DNA of 53,849 nucleotides, filler included, from Bipalium vagum (lineage: Eukaryota): assembly GCA_037834085.1 (NCBI GenBank). It is 3 parts of 3 records of this genome, joined end to end, with 100 filler letters (N's around TTAATTAATTAA, not from the genome) between each part and the next. Parts side by side here need not be neighbours in the genome. Positions count along the whole stretch, not along the records: positions 1 to 21,006 come from JBBMKC010243161.1; positions 21,107 to 37,789 come from JBBMKC010098274.1; 1 more part is not named here. One strand, given 5' to 3'. The translations under genes were made by a program, and so were the position numbers. How positions within the stretch are numbered: position 1 is the stretch's first letter; every line of letters begins with the position of its first letter. This document shows, one piece after another, positions 12,701-22,920 of this stretch. Below the pieces are notes generated by a model. The model was not told where the DNA came from and did not search any database. It saw only the letters and a program-made list of their open reading frames with translations.

Positions 12701-15625
12701 CTATTAATATTATTTTAAAGGGATTCTCTGGTGCTCCCTATAGTCTCCTGCTTGACAAGCTTTTTGGGAGGATTTGTCATATTTTCTTTTATAGGACACA
12801 TTTCAAACCGCCTTGGTGTATCAATCGAATGTATATTTAAAGTAGGTCCGGGGTTGGCTTTCATTGTGTATCCTGAAGTCATTCAATTGTTGCCAATTCC
12901 ACAATTTTGGTGTCTGATGTTCTTTCTCTTATTATTTGCTCTTGGATTAGACAGCTCTGTTAGTAAAATGAGTATTGGAAAAGTGAAGGAATTGATTAAT
13001 GATTTCAGTTTACAAGCTTTGAAACCGTGTACGATAGTATCATAAATGAATATTGGACAGGACTTCACAACCATGACATGACCTTCAAAATAAGTTTGAT
13101 AGTTATTAGCTTCGTTATCAGTTTTCCTTTCGTCACACAGGCTGGCTATTATATGTTTCAACTGATTGATTATTATCAAATAGCACTTTTCCCTCTCATT
13201 ATATTGATTGAAGTACTCGTTATTGGATATATTTACAGTAAATAGTTTTTTTCTGTTTTAACTCAAAAACAATTATGTTAAGGTATTAAGCGTTTAAAGG
13301 CCAATATTAAAAAGATGACTGGGTATACCTTAACGAAAATGTGGGATGTCGTTTATAAAATACTTTTACCAATAACTTTGATGGTAATATATCAACAGAT
13401 CAATGATAATTGTTGTAATTTGTTTCATAGCTCTTACTTATCTTTACTGTAACAACCCAAACCAATCTGGAATATGGGAAATACGTTTATCCGAAGCCAG
13501 CGATTGCATTTGGATGGATCTTGGCAATACTTGGCACTGTCCCACTCTTTAGTTATGCAATTTATTTTTTAGTTGTCATGAAAATTTCTTTAATGGATTC
13601 GAAATCAATTTTTGAAGTATTACAATAATTTATTTTTTAATAGTTAATTAAAATTTTAATTTAATTTAGTTTTCTTTCGTTTTCTGTTTATGGTTATGTG
13701 ATATAACTGCTGTGGTTGTCTCGGGATGGGGATAAAATAAAAAATATAATTATAATAATAATATTTCTGAAATAATAATAATAAGACCAATAATAAAAAT
13801 AATATTTTCGACTGGATTAATGGGTTTTAGTTAATAATGCCCTGATGGGCTTTTCTTTACTTTACTTAGCGAATGCTGCAAATCTCTCAATTGGTTTTCT
13901 TGAGGCAGCATTAGCCACCTGTCAGGATTAGCGAATGAAGGAGCACTGTGAGGTTTTATATTAGAGACACCTGACAAAGATATCTGACTGAGAGGATTGT
14001 AAGTAAAAAAATTAAATAATTTTGGAGAAGTCAATTTTTATGTTTATTGAATAATTATGCTATTTTGATGTGAGAAGGAAATTGATAATTTTACTTTTAT
14101 GTTTAAGTTAAAAGAGAATTGATTTTTAATAAAGTAAGCTGCAATTTACAATTGATAAAAATAATAATAATAATAAAATAATATTTTAATTATTGGTTTT
14201 ACTTTTGATTTGTGAGAGTGATTCAATGGGTTTTGTAGTGAGGTTTAGATTTTCATTGATCGACATTGTCATTAACTACATCTTTTGGGGAAGACTTGTG
14301 TGAGTGATTGTCAAACACAAAATTTTCAAAGCAAATTAAAGAGTCAATAGGTTGTCAGAGATTTTCAGGAGATTATTGTATTTTATGGAATTTCGGATAA
14401 GCATCAGAGCGAATAGACATTTGTGTGTTGATTTTTCCTTATCTTGTTAATGAAAACATAATAGTTGTCATTTTTTTAAGTAAAACTTTAAAATTGTTTA
14501 TTGTTCGACAAAGTGTGCCTAACCAATAAATTTTTGAAGTCACATCAAGCGTAACTTTTGGTTACTATTAATAAAACTATTAATAAAAATGCACATAGAA
14601 AATATTTACAAAAACACTTTACAAAACTATCAGTTTTAAATAGTTTCTATTCAGGTCTAATGTGTAATGAATTAATATTACTGCCTTTTTATAGAAATAA
14701 ATTATATACTAGAAGGTCTGAAACTGAAACATTCTCAAAACAATTGCAATTTTCCAAAAACTCATAAATAACAAACTAATTTTTTAGTATCTCTTCTAAT
14801 CTTGTATTTATATATTATTGAGTTTTCAAATAGCTCACACGTATTTTTAATCATGAAAGGAAACTGTTGTTGAAAGAAGTTATTTTATTAAAATATTATA
14901 TGATCAATTTTAGTATAACTATATTTTGCGATTTTGTGTAATAAAATGGTTCCGATTTCGATTGTTTTTTCTTTTTTGCCTATCAATTTTTCCATCTGAG
15001 ATTTGAAATTCACATATCCAGTAACTATCTTTAATAAATTTCAAATATTTAATTGGTTAAATCAACATTTAATTAAAAGTTTTGGTAAATAATTGCAATT
15101 AACGAATTTTATTTCGACAATTTTTCTAATTAAAGTTTTAAGTTAATCGTTAAGAAAAACGATAAGTTATTCATGAAGTTCACAAAATTAATAACTAAAT
15201 ATTATAAATAAATAATATTAAATTGAAATAATTGAATAATAAATAATTTTAAAAAATTTCTTAGTTAAAAATTGAAATTTGATAATTTTCAAATGGTATT
15301 AAAATTATTTCATACCTTGAAAATTTGTTTCATCGAATCAATTTTGGTAATTATAAACTTAATTAAAATTTAATTATTTCAAATACATTTTCATTATTGG
15401 CTACATAACTTTAATTTTTTTCTTATTATTTTATTTTAAACTTTTCTGAACAAATTAAATTAAATCTTTATAAAGGATATTTAATTAACTTTGCTTCTAC
15501 TTTAATTTCAGATCATCAAAATTTACATCCAACCCACACCTAGATGGAATTATGAGGAAAATCTAGACCAAGCCAGTCCACTCCTGGTTCTGAACGAAAC
15601 CGGAAATCCGCAAAATATAGAGTGA
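3783..15625 (+). CDS. SLC6: SLC6/NSS sodium- and chloride-dependent transporter (amino-acid/glycine-transporter-like), 12 exons, about 597 aa
   Basis: Exons 3783-3827, 3872-3998, 4878-5012, 6987-7180, 12155-12207, 12250-12382, 12429-12667, 12721-12958, 13009-13237, 13283-13383, 13431-13616, 15512-15625. All introns are GT-AG, phases are consistent, and the total is 1794 nt. Motifs: REIW..[75 protein letters not shown], GLDSS. The first and last exons are less certain. Confidence 0.93.
7537..8060 (-). mobile_element. Tc1-like transposase remnant in SLC6 intron 4
   Basis: The minus strand reads VGQLHKIEGTM...YKDIL and MEWPPQSPELNPIELL, with stops and frameshifts. A Tc1-type TIR lies at 7537-7564. 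Confidence 0.8.
8330..8640 (-). mobile_element. mariner transposase fragment
   Basis: The minus strand reads LEHAP*SPDIASSDFYLFR, a decayed HPPYSPDLAPSD motif. Confidence 0.7.
8800..9250 (+). mobile_element. mariner transposase 3' fragment
   Basis: Reads LLNHPTYSPD*AASDFWLFSYLKAFL..KQFSS, with a TIR-like end near 9230-9250. Confidence 0.75.
11087..12040 (+). mobile_element. Internally deleted Mos1-like mariner element
   Basis: ORF 11247..11642 has KTAAESCRLL..VYG...WF.RF...GKWMPHQL (the WVPHEL motif), followed by DEKWIYFENP. Imperfect TIRs share AAATAAATAATG..GATTT at both ends. Confidence 0.88.
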
Positions 15626-16005
15626 TAATTTTCCTAAGAAAATTATTTCCAAAAATAAAATTGATCATTGATATCGATTTTATTTATAATTTCATGATAA
15701 TATTGAATATTAATAGCAGAATGAAAATTTTCCTCTTTATTTAATTATAGTTTATTGATTATTTTTTATTGACTACAATTAAGTAGATGTATATATCTTT
15801 GATCTTGTATGTCAATGAATTTAATTTAGTATATATTTCATTAAATCTTATAATAATATTATTGAAGTTCTTTTCAGCCTGAAATTTGAACTGTGATATT
15901 TTTATATAGATCAATATTATTGTTAGTTCAATAATAAATTACTTTAAAAATTTAGTTTAATAATTTTAATGTAAATATTTTTTTTAATTTAATCTTATTT
16001 TATTA

Positions 16006-16276
16006 AAAGATTTAATTAGCAAAGAAAATTAAATTAAATAATTAAAAAGATATCTAAAAAAGGAAAGTTGAGAAACAATTAAAATAATTAGGAAATTAGT
16101 TAATCATAAAGTACGATAATATGATAATTTTATTTAAAATCTACATAAAATAAAATTATCATATTAGCGTAATTTATGATTAACTAATTTCCTAATTATT
16201 TTAATTGTTTCTCAACTTTCCTTTTTTAATATCTTTTTAATTATTTAATTTAATTTTTTTTGGTAATTAAATCTTT
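16006..16276. repeat. Long near-perfect inverted repeat (arms about 130 bp, loop about 12 nt)
   Basis: The left arm ...AAAGGAAAGTTGAGAAACAATTAAAATAATTAGGAAATTAGTTAATCATAAA... is mirrored by ...TTTATGATTAACTAATTTCCTAATTATTTTAATTGTTTCTCAACTTTCCTTT. The loop is about 16136-16147. Confidence 0.92.
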
Positions 16277-17809
16277 CAACTTATTTTGTTTTTTTAAACA
16301 TAGAGGAAAAGATAAAAATTAATAAAGTGTGTTAAATGATTATATTATTAATATAATATTCTATATTTACTTTAAGAAATCTCAGATTTCATGGGTTTTA
16401 GGAAAGAAGGTATGTGATAATGTCCTAATGTATTTATTGTTGAGCCTAATTTTATTAATTGTGAAATTAATTAAAATATTTTTGAAAAATACAATTATTC
16501 TATATAAAGAATTGATTAGTTTAAAAATCTGTTAAGGCCTTGTTGGAATTCTTAATCTATTTTTAGTACCAGATTTTTTATTAAGAAAAAATTCGAGCAC
16601 AGATCTATAAAAATAAATAAATAAATTTTTAAGAATCTTTTTCATCAGCCGTGAAACATGAAAGTGAACATTTAAATTTAATTTTGATCTCAGCCTCACA
16701 CAAAAAATAATAATCGACATAATATAAAAAATTGAATAGGAATTTTCTAAAAAACATTTTTTAATTTTCCTAAATTAATTAAAATTATGCACTATTAATG
16801 TTTAGTAAATTTACAGGTACCACAAAATACAAAAATTAAATTAAATAAATAAAAAAAAATATTTAAAACCATCATATTCAACTGAATTTAATTTTTTTAC
16901 ACAATCAAAATTTATTTATTCATTTAAGTAAATTTAAATTTAGAAATAAATGTTTGTAAATGCTTTTTTAATTAACACAAGAAATTTTTTTCAAATAAAA
17001 TAATTAAATATATTAATATTTGTCTTAAAATCATTCCCTGCCAATAAATACTTTAGAAATTTAAATATAAGAAAGTTTAAAATAAATTATTATAATATTT
17101 AATATGAGTTGTGCCATGAATAAATTAAGGGTATTATAATCTTTTGTATTATTGTAAAAAGTTTTAAAAGATTTAGTAGAAGTTGGCATTAATAAATTAC
17201 TTAAAAACAGAAAACCATTTTTTAGAAATTAATTAATTAAAAATAAAATACCAGAAATATACAATTTTAATATTAATATATAAAATTTATATATAAACAC
17301 AAATTGTGTTACTATGATTTAAAATAATAATATTTTCTTTTGAATAAAAATAAATGTATAAAAATAATATAAAATATTTTTAATTATAATTTGTTAAAAC
17401 TCGGAAAATCGAAAAATTCCTTTGATTTTCTAAAACAAATTTTGTAATTTCTTCCACTTAAATTTTAATTTATTCTCAAATATCTATTGTGTACCCATAA
17501 ATCCACAAAATTGATTGTTAAAAAGATATTTTATTTTTTTAGATTTTCTTTCATATATTAATAATTTCATTTATATATTTATTATTTTTATTATAAAAAT
17601 ATATTAACTTTAAATATTTTGATTTATTATGCTAATGATATTTCCTCATTTATCAAATTAAATTAATGATAAAAATCCGTGTATTTTCATAATTTAAACA
17701 AAATAACAAACAAATAAATCTTAAACCAATAGAATATTTTAATTTAATATCTGTAATAATAAAAATCAATATCTTAATATTGGTGATATATTTTTATAAA
17801 AACTTTTAT

Positions 17810-18140
17810 AAAATTTGCATTTTTATGTATTATGATTTCAAACAAAGAAAGACTGCTGCAAAGTCATTCCGAACAGAATGCGATGTATTTGGTGATATTT
17901 TAAACAGTGATTACTTAAAAGAATTAATGGAGATAGATTTTTGACTACAGACAATCACCTACTTGAAAACTTGTTTAGAGGTTCAAATGCTACTTTTGTT
18001 GAAACAATTCTTACATAGGATGAGAAGTGGATACGTTTCGAAAATCACAGCAGAAAACGGATGAGTAAGACAGAAAAAAATCTGGTAAACAATATATTTC
18101 TATTATAACAAAATGAAAACAGGTCACCTGGATGTTAAAA
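17810..18140 (+). mobile_element. mariner remnant
   Basis: Fragments read YDFKQRKTAAKS...DVFG and ILT*DEKWIRFEN. Confidence 0.7.
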
Positions 18141-18580
18141 GATAGTTTCAAAATAAAGCTGAATAAAAAGAATATAAGAGGCAAGGTAGAATATTATTAT
18201 TAGATAAATTATTTTTTATTGAAATTGTTAATATATTATAATATTAAATAGTCTTTCACATAATTAATAAATTGTTCACCTTACTTCAGAAACATTATTT
18301 TATTTATTTTTTATACTTATTATTTTAGAAACATTACTTCATTTCATTCATCATTTAAAATATTGTTGAAATAATTTTAAGAAAATTTTTGAAAAAAAAA
18401 TATTATAATATTATAATACATTTTATATGCAATAATATAAAATAATTGTATATATTTCTTTTTACAATACATAACATAAGTACTTGTTGATAATAATATT
18501 TGAAAAATTTTGTTTAAGCACAAATTAAAATAAAACAAAATAAATATTCCAAGTATACTCTCCTGGATCAATTTTAGTAA

Positions 18581-18585
<5 letters not shown>

Positions 18586-18626
<41 letters not shown>
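18586..18626. repeat. (TTA)n microsatellite
   Basis: Directly visible tandem TTA run. Confidence 0.9.
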
Positions 18627-18628
<2 letters not shown>

Positions 18629-19110
18629 TTAATAAATAATAAATATCTGTGTTAATTATTTATGCAGTAATTACTTTTGGTTGAACTACATATAAAGGAA
18701 AAATTTAAAAAATTCTGAGAAGAAACTTACAAAAATTTTTTTTAGAAGATCAAAATACTTTTCCACTTACTTTCAACTTGTTGAGGGGTCCTCATGATCC
18801 CTCAACATAAATTTTTATCTTAAGAAACATAAAAATACTGATAAAAGTGATAATAAGCGAAACACTGAGAATAAGGTATTTTATATAAGAAAATATTGAA
18901 AAAATATAAAACATATTTAAAGTAGCAAAACTCTAAGAGTTTTTGAACGGTATATATCAAGGGTGAGCAAAGTTACTAAGAGATATTGTCTAGCAATATC
19001 TTTTGTTAAAAATCCGTCGACTGATAAGAAACAATCAAACGTGGCAGTTCAAAGGACCTTGTAAGAATAATATAAGCGTTGTGAATACCATTGTAATTAT
19101 AGATTTATAT

Positions 19111-20283
19111 ATGTTGCTCCAAAAATTAATAGCAATCCTTTGGTTATATTCTAATATTCTTTCTTTAACAAAAGCTGATCAAGATGACGTAGAAATATAT
19201 TCCATTTCAGCCAAAGACGTTACCAAGGATCATTCAGAACCGCATTATGATGACTATAAAGACCACGATGATAACAGGCATCATGAAGAAAAGGAAGATA
19301 TTCATCATAACCATTATTATAAGAACAAAGGACCTCAAGAATCAGCTGGAAAACGTGAAAAACCTAAGCCTAAATATAAAACAAGTACGAAATCAAATCA
19401 CCAAGAATCGTATGAATCTAAAGGACATAAGAATACTGATAGAGATAAGAGTTCTAAAAAGTACCACCATGAAGATGTATCATATGAGACTGAGAAATCA
19501 GAATACAGTGTGAAATCAAAACGAAAACCTCAAAGGAAAAATGAAAAGAAATATAAATCAAGCCTAGAAGGTGAACATTATGTTTCTTATGGCAAAGATA
19601 AGCCTAAGAGGCATAAGAAAAATCATTATGAACAATTAGATAAACCTTCAAAATATGAAGAAAACCACGAAAAACAAGAATATAAAGTTCGACATGAAGT
19701 TGAAAATGAAAAGGAAAATACGTACAACAAAAATAAACAGCATAAACACGTTCCCAAGAAACACAATCCATATTCTTCGTCAGAGCACGAAGAGGAAAAG
19801 GTCGAGAAAAAGTACAATTCAAATCATGAAGGTTACAACGAAGATCGCACTGAAAAGGAACACAGTCCAGAACGTCCAAAATATAACAAATACAAGCCCA
19901 GTCACAAAACTAATAAGTATTATCAACCTGAACAAAATGTAGAACCACAAACTAATGGAAAATATCATCGGTATAGTGAAGATTCACACAGCCATGAAAA
20001 GGAGGAGTCAAAATATTCCGAAGAATCTGAATACAAGCCTAAAGAAATTGAGAGAAAATATGAGAAACATGTTGAAAAAGATCATTATTATTCCGATAAT
20101 TCAGAAAACCCGTCGAAGTCTCAAGATGAACCGATTTATAAAGCAATTAGCAAGGAGATCCACAAATATGTCATACCAAATCACCAAAAGGGTAAACATA
20201 AGCCAAATCATTCCACGAAGCCCATAATAATATTTGGTCCTCTCATTTTGAAAATTCAAAAACTGATCGTTTCGAAAGAATGA
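19111..20283 (+). CDS. Secreted low-complexity His/Lys/Glu/Tyr/Ser-rich protein, single exon, 390 aa, function unknown
   Basis: Uninterrupted 1.17-kb ORF in very AT-rich DNA. The ATG at 19111 gives a signal-peptide-like MLLQKLIAILWLYSNILSLTKA-DQ. A TATA-like TATAAG lies near 19071 and AATAAA near 20312. Confidence 0.85.
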   Translation: MLLQKLIAILWLYSNILSLTKADQDDVEIYSISAKDVTKDHSEPHYDDYKDHDDNRHHEEKEDIHHNHYYKNKGPQESAGKREKPKPKYKTSTKSNHQESYESKGHKNTDRDKSSKKYHHEDVSYETEKSEYSVKSKRKPQRKNEKKYKSSLEGEHYVSYGKDKPKRHKKNHYEQLDKPSKYEENHEKQEYKVRHEVENEKENTYNKNKQHKHVPKKHNPYSSSEHEEEKVEKKYNSNHEGYNEDRTEKEHSPERPKYNKYKPSHKTNKYYQPEQNVEPQTNGKYHRYSEDSHSHEKEESKYSEESEYKPKEIERKYEKHVEKDHYYSDNSENPSKSQDEPIYKAISKEIHKYVIPNHQKGKHKPNHSTKPIIIFGPLILKIQKLIVSKE

Positions 20284-20868
20284 GGTCCTCGTCGTTTGTT
20301 TTGCCGTTACAATAAAATAATAGTTATAATATTTTTTATATTGTCAGAAATATTTTGTTTTTTTTATTAGAAAATCATCTGTGACAAAACATTAATTAGC
20401 GTATTTTCACCACAGTCATAAAGCCTTTTAATTTTATGATTATATTTTGAAAGGAAATAATATTAATTATAATATTATTGTAGTAATATTCATAAAAATA
20501 TTTTTATTATTTTCATACGAATATTAAAAATATTAATCTTAATTAATATTAATTATGTGGTTATTTTTATTAAATCAAAATATTTAATGAATAATATTAT
20601 TTTTTATTGTTTATTATTTTAGGGTTTGAGAACATCCAAGGATAACTAAATAATTAATTAATCAATCATTATTTAATTATATTAAATTTTCATTAGTTTA
20701 TTTTATTAATTCTTTAAAAATGGTTTGTCTATAAAACTTGTTTGAAGACATTTTCAAAAATATCGAAAGCTTGAATTTTCAATTAAACTTTAATCATGCC
20801 TTTATACAGATGTTATAATCTTTTAGATGGAGCCAAATATAAATAATTTTTATTATCTTTATTTATTA

Positions 20869-21006
20869 TATTAGGGTGAACCATAAGTTTTTTCGTTTTT
20901 TATTGACAACTTAAAAACAACGTTAAACGAAAACAAAAATATATTAAGTTTCAAAGTATAAACCATTTGCACTAATGGTTTGAAGCCATCTATTGGAAAG
21001 TTCGCT
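20869..21006 (-). mobile_element. mariner 3' end truncated by the assembly gap
   Basis: TIR TA-TTAGGGTGAACCATAAG. The minus strand reads LSNRWLQTISANGLYF, a mariner C-terminus. Confidence 0.7.
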
Positions 21007-21106
21007 NNNNNNNNNNNNNNNNNNNNNNNNNNNNNNNNNNNNNNNNNNNNTTAATTAATTAANNNNNNNNNNNNNNNNNNNNNNNNNNNNNNNNNNNNNN
21101 NNNNNN
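21007..21106. other. Scaffold gap with artificial six-frame-stop linker
   Basis: N-run, TTAATTAATTAA, N-run; 100 nt in total. Confidence 0.97.
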
Positions 21107-21296
21107 TATTATATTATATTATATTATATCTTAGGTTAAAACAGTGAAGTGAAAGATTTGTTTGACGCTAGCTTATCACAGAGGGATATTTAACGCCAGT
21201 TAAAACTATAAATCGCTTGGTGATACTTTACAAGCAAATAAAAGCTCGACGAATTGGGAAATGCAGGAGAAAACCAACACTTCCTAGACCAGATAT

Positions 21297-22920
21297 TATT
21301 AGGTTGATTCATAAGTTCGTGCGTTTTCAATGAAAATATTATGCATATTTTACAGATATGAATCTAGCAATCAAACAATTTTATTCTGAAAAATAAAGAC
21401 CATTATGTTTAACTGTCATAATCCAACCATGGGCAAGTGTTTCTATGCCACTCCGGTACCATGCTTTATTTTTGGAAAGGAAAAATTCACGACATGCATT
21501 TTCAACCTGTTGTATATTCTCATACTGTCATCCTCTAATGAAATGAGCCATTGATCTGTAAAGGTAAATTTATCCATGTTTTTTTTGAATAAAGATATGT
21601 ACACAAAAATACATATCACGTAACATAATTAAAAGTATCTTACGCGACTCTTTCTCAACTTTCAAATGGTGTGAAACTTGTTAATACAGTGTTCAAACTA
21701 ATTATTGCCGCATTAAGAAAAAAAATTATAATGAAAAAATAATTTTAAAAAAGTAAAAATTAACTAATATATCAATAATTTATTGCCGTATATTTACAAA
21801 AGACGTATATCATAACAAAAAATTAAATTTTAAATTATTTTTCGATTGTTAATATTCAGTTGACCTTCCATGGGAATAAATCACTTCATAAATTCTATTT
21901 GGCCTAGAATTTACCAGTGCTCGCAGGACGCTGTTATCGATTTCCTCCCAACAGCAAATTACCTCTCGTTCCAGCTCTGAAATTGATTCATATTGTTTCC
22001 CATAAGAATATACTCGACGTGCTAGTATCCCTCAAAGATTTTCTATGAGATTCAGGTCTGGTGAATAGGGCGGCCAAGACATGACATCGATATTTCTGTC
22101 TTGTATTCATTGCGAAGTGAAACGTGCAACATGGCATCGAAAATTGTCTTGCTGGAAACTTGGTTTGTCTCCGCCAAAATCATTCATAAAGGGAAGTGAA
22201 TGTTCTCCTAAACGTATTTGATAATAAAATTGATTTAGTCTGCCGGTAATAATCGCGAGAGTCGACTTCCCGCGGTAAGTGAAACGACCCCAAATCAACA
22301 AGGAACCTTTTTCCAGTGTGTTTATTCATAAAAGATATCTACTCCTTCCGAAAATTGTGCCAATAATATACGTAACCGTCAGATCCATCCAAATTAAATT
22401 CATTCTTCCCTAACTTAGTACCGATCCATCTGTTCGATTTTCCGGCGTCGTGGTAAGCAAAGATCAGTCCCCTCTCTGTGTCGGTTAATCTTGCAATTTT
22501 ACTCATCTTACTAAATAATTTTTTTATAAAATATTAGTATTTGACAGACAGAAGTACTTACATTTAATATTTAATCTTCAAACGTTTAATTTCTATAATT
22601 AGATTTAAATAATTTTACTTTTAAATTAGTGCGGCAATAATTTGTTGGAATTAATTATCTGATATATTATAATAAATCAGCTTTATGTTAAGTAAATAGT
22701 TGATTAGTTAGCCAAAAGTTATTTTCAAATCTTACAAATATTCCATGCATAATAGAATAATCAAAAAAATTTATTTCAACTTAAATTAATTAAGATTTAT
22801 TATATTTTCAAGGTGCGGCATTAATTAGTTGGGGCACTGTATTTAAACAAATAATATATTTAAACTTTGTTTTTAAAGTTTATGTTGAAAAAACGTACGA
22901 ACTTATGAATCAGCCAAGTA
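21297..22920 (-). mobile_element. Short non-autonomous mariner, interrupted by a Tc3-like element
   Basis: TIR pair TA-TTAGGTTGATTCATAAGTTCGTGCGTTTT and AAAACGTACGAACTTATGAATCAGCCAAG-TA, with mariner N- and C-terminal remnants inside. Confidence 0.85.
21687..22839 (-). mobile_element. Tc3-like (Tc1 family) element with TA target duplication, internally deleted
   Basis: TIRs CAGTGTTCAAACTAATTATTGCCGCA and TGCGGCATTAATTAGTTGGGGCACTG are flanked by TA. An ATG at 22506(-) gives MSKIARLTDTERG, then FNLDGSDG, FQQDN..CH, WPPYSPDLNLIENL. Confidence 0.92.

Noticed and set aside
19003-19110. N-terminal extension of the 426-aa ORF
   Set aside because: It starts at TTG. The ATG at 19111 gives a proper signal peptide and lies downstream of a TATA-like box.
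19247-20227. Overlapping ORFs in other frames and on the opposite strand
   Set aside because: These are shadows of the biased codon composition of the main ORF.
19111-20283. Neuropeptide precursor interpretation
   Set aside because: There is only one GKR site and no repeated peptide units bounded by dibasic sites.
21051-21062. TTAATTAATTAA as a biological motif
   Set aside because: It is centred in N-runs at both gaps and is an assembly linker.
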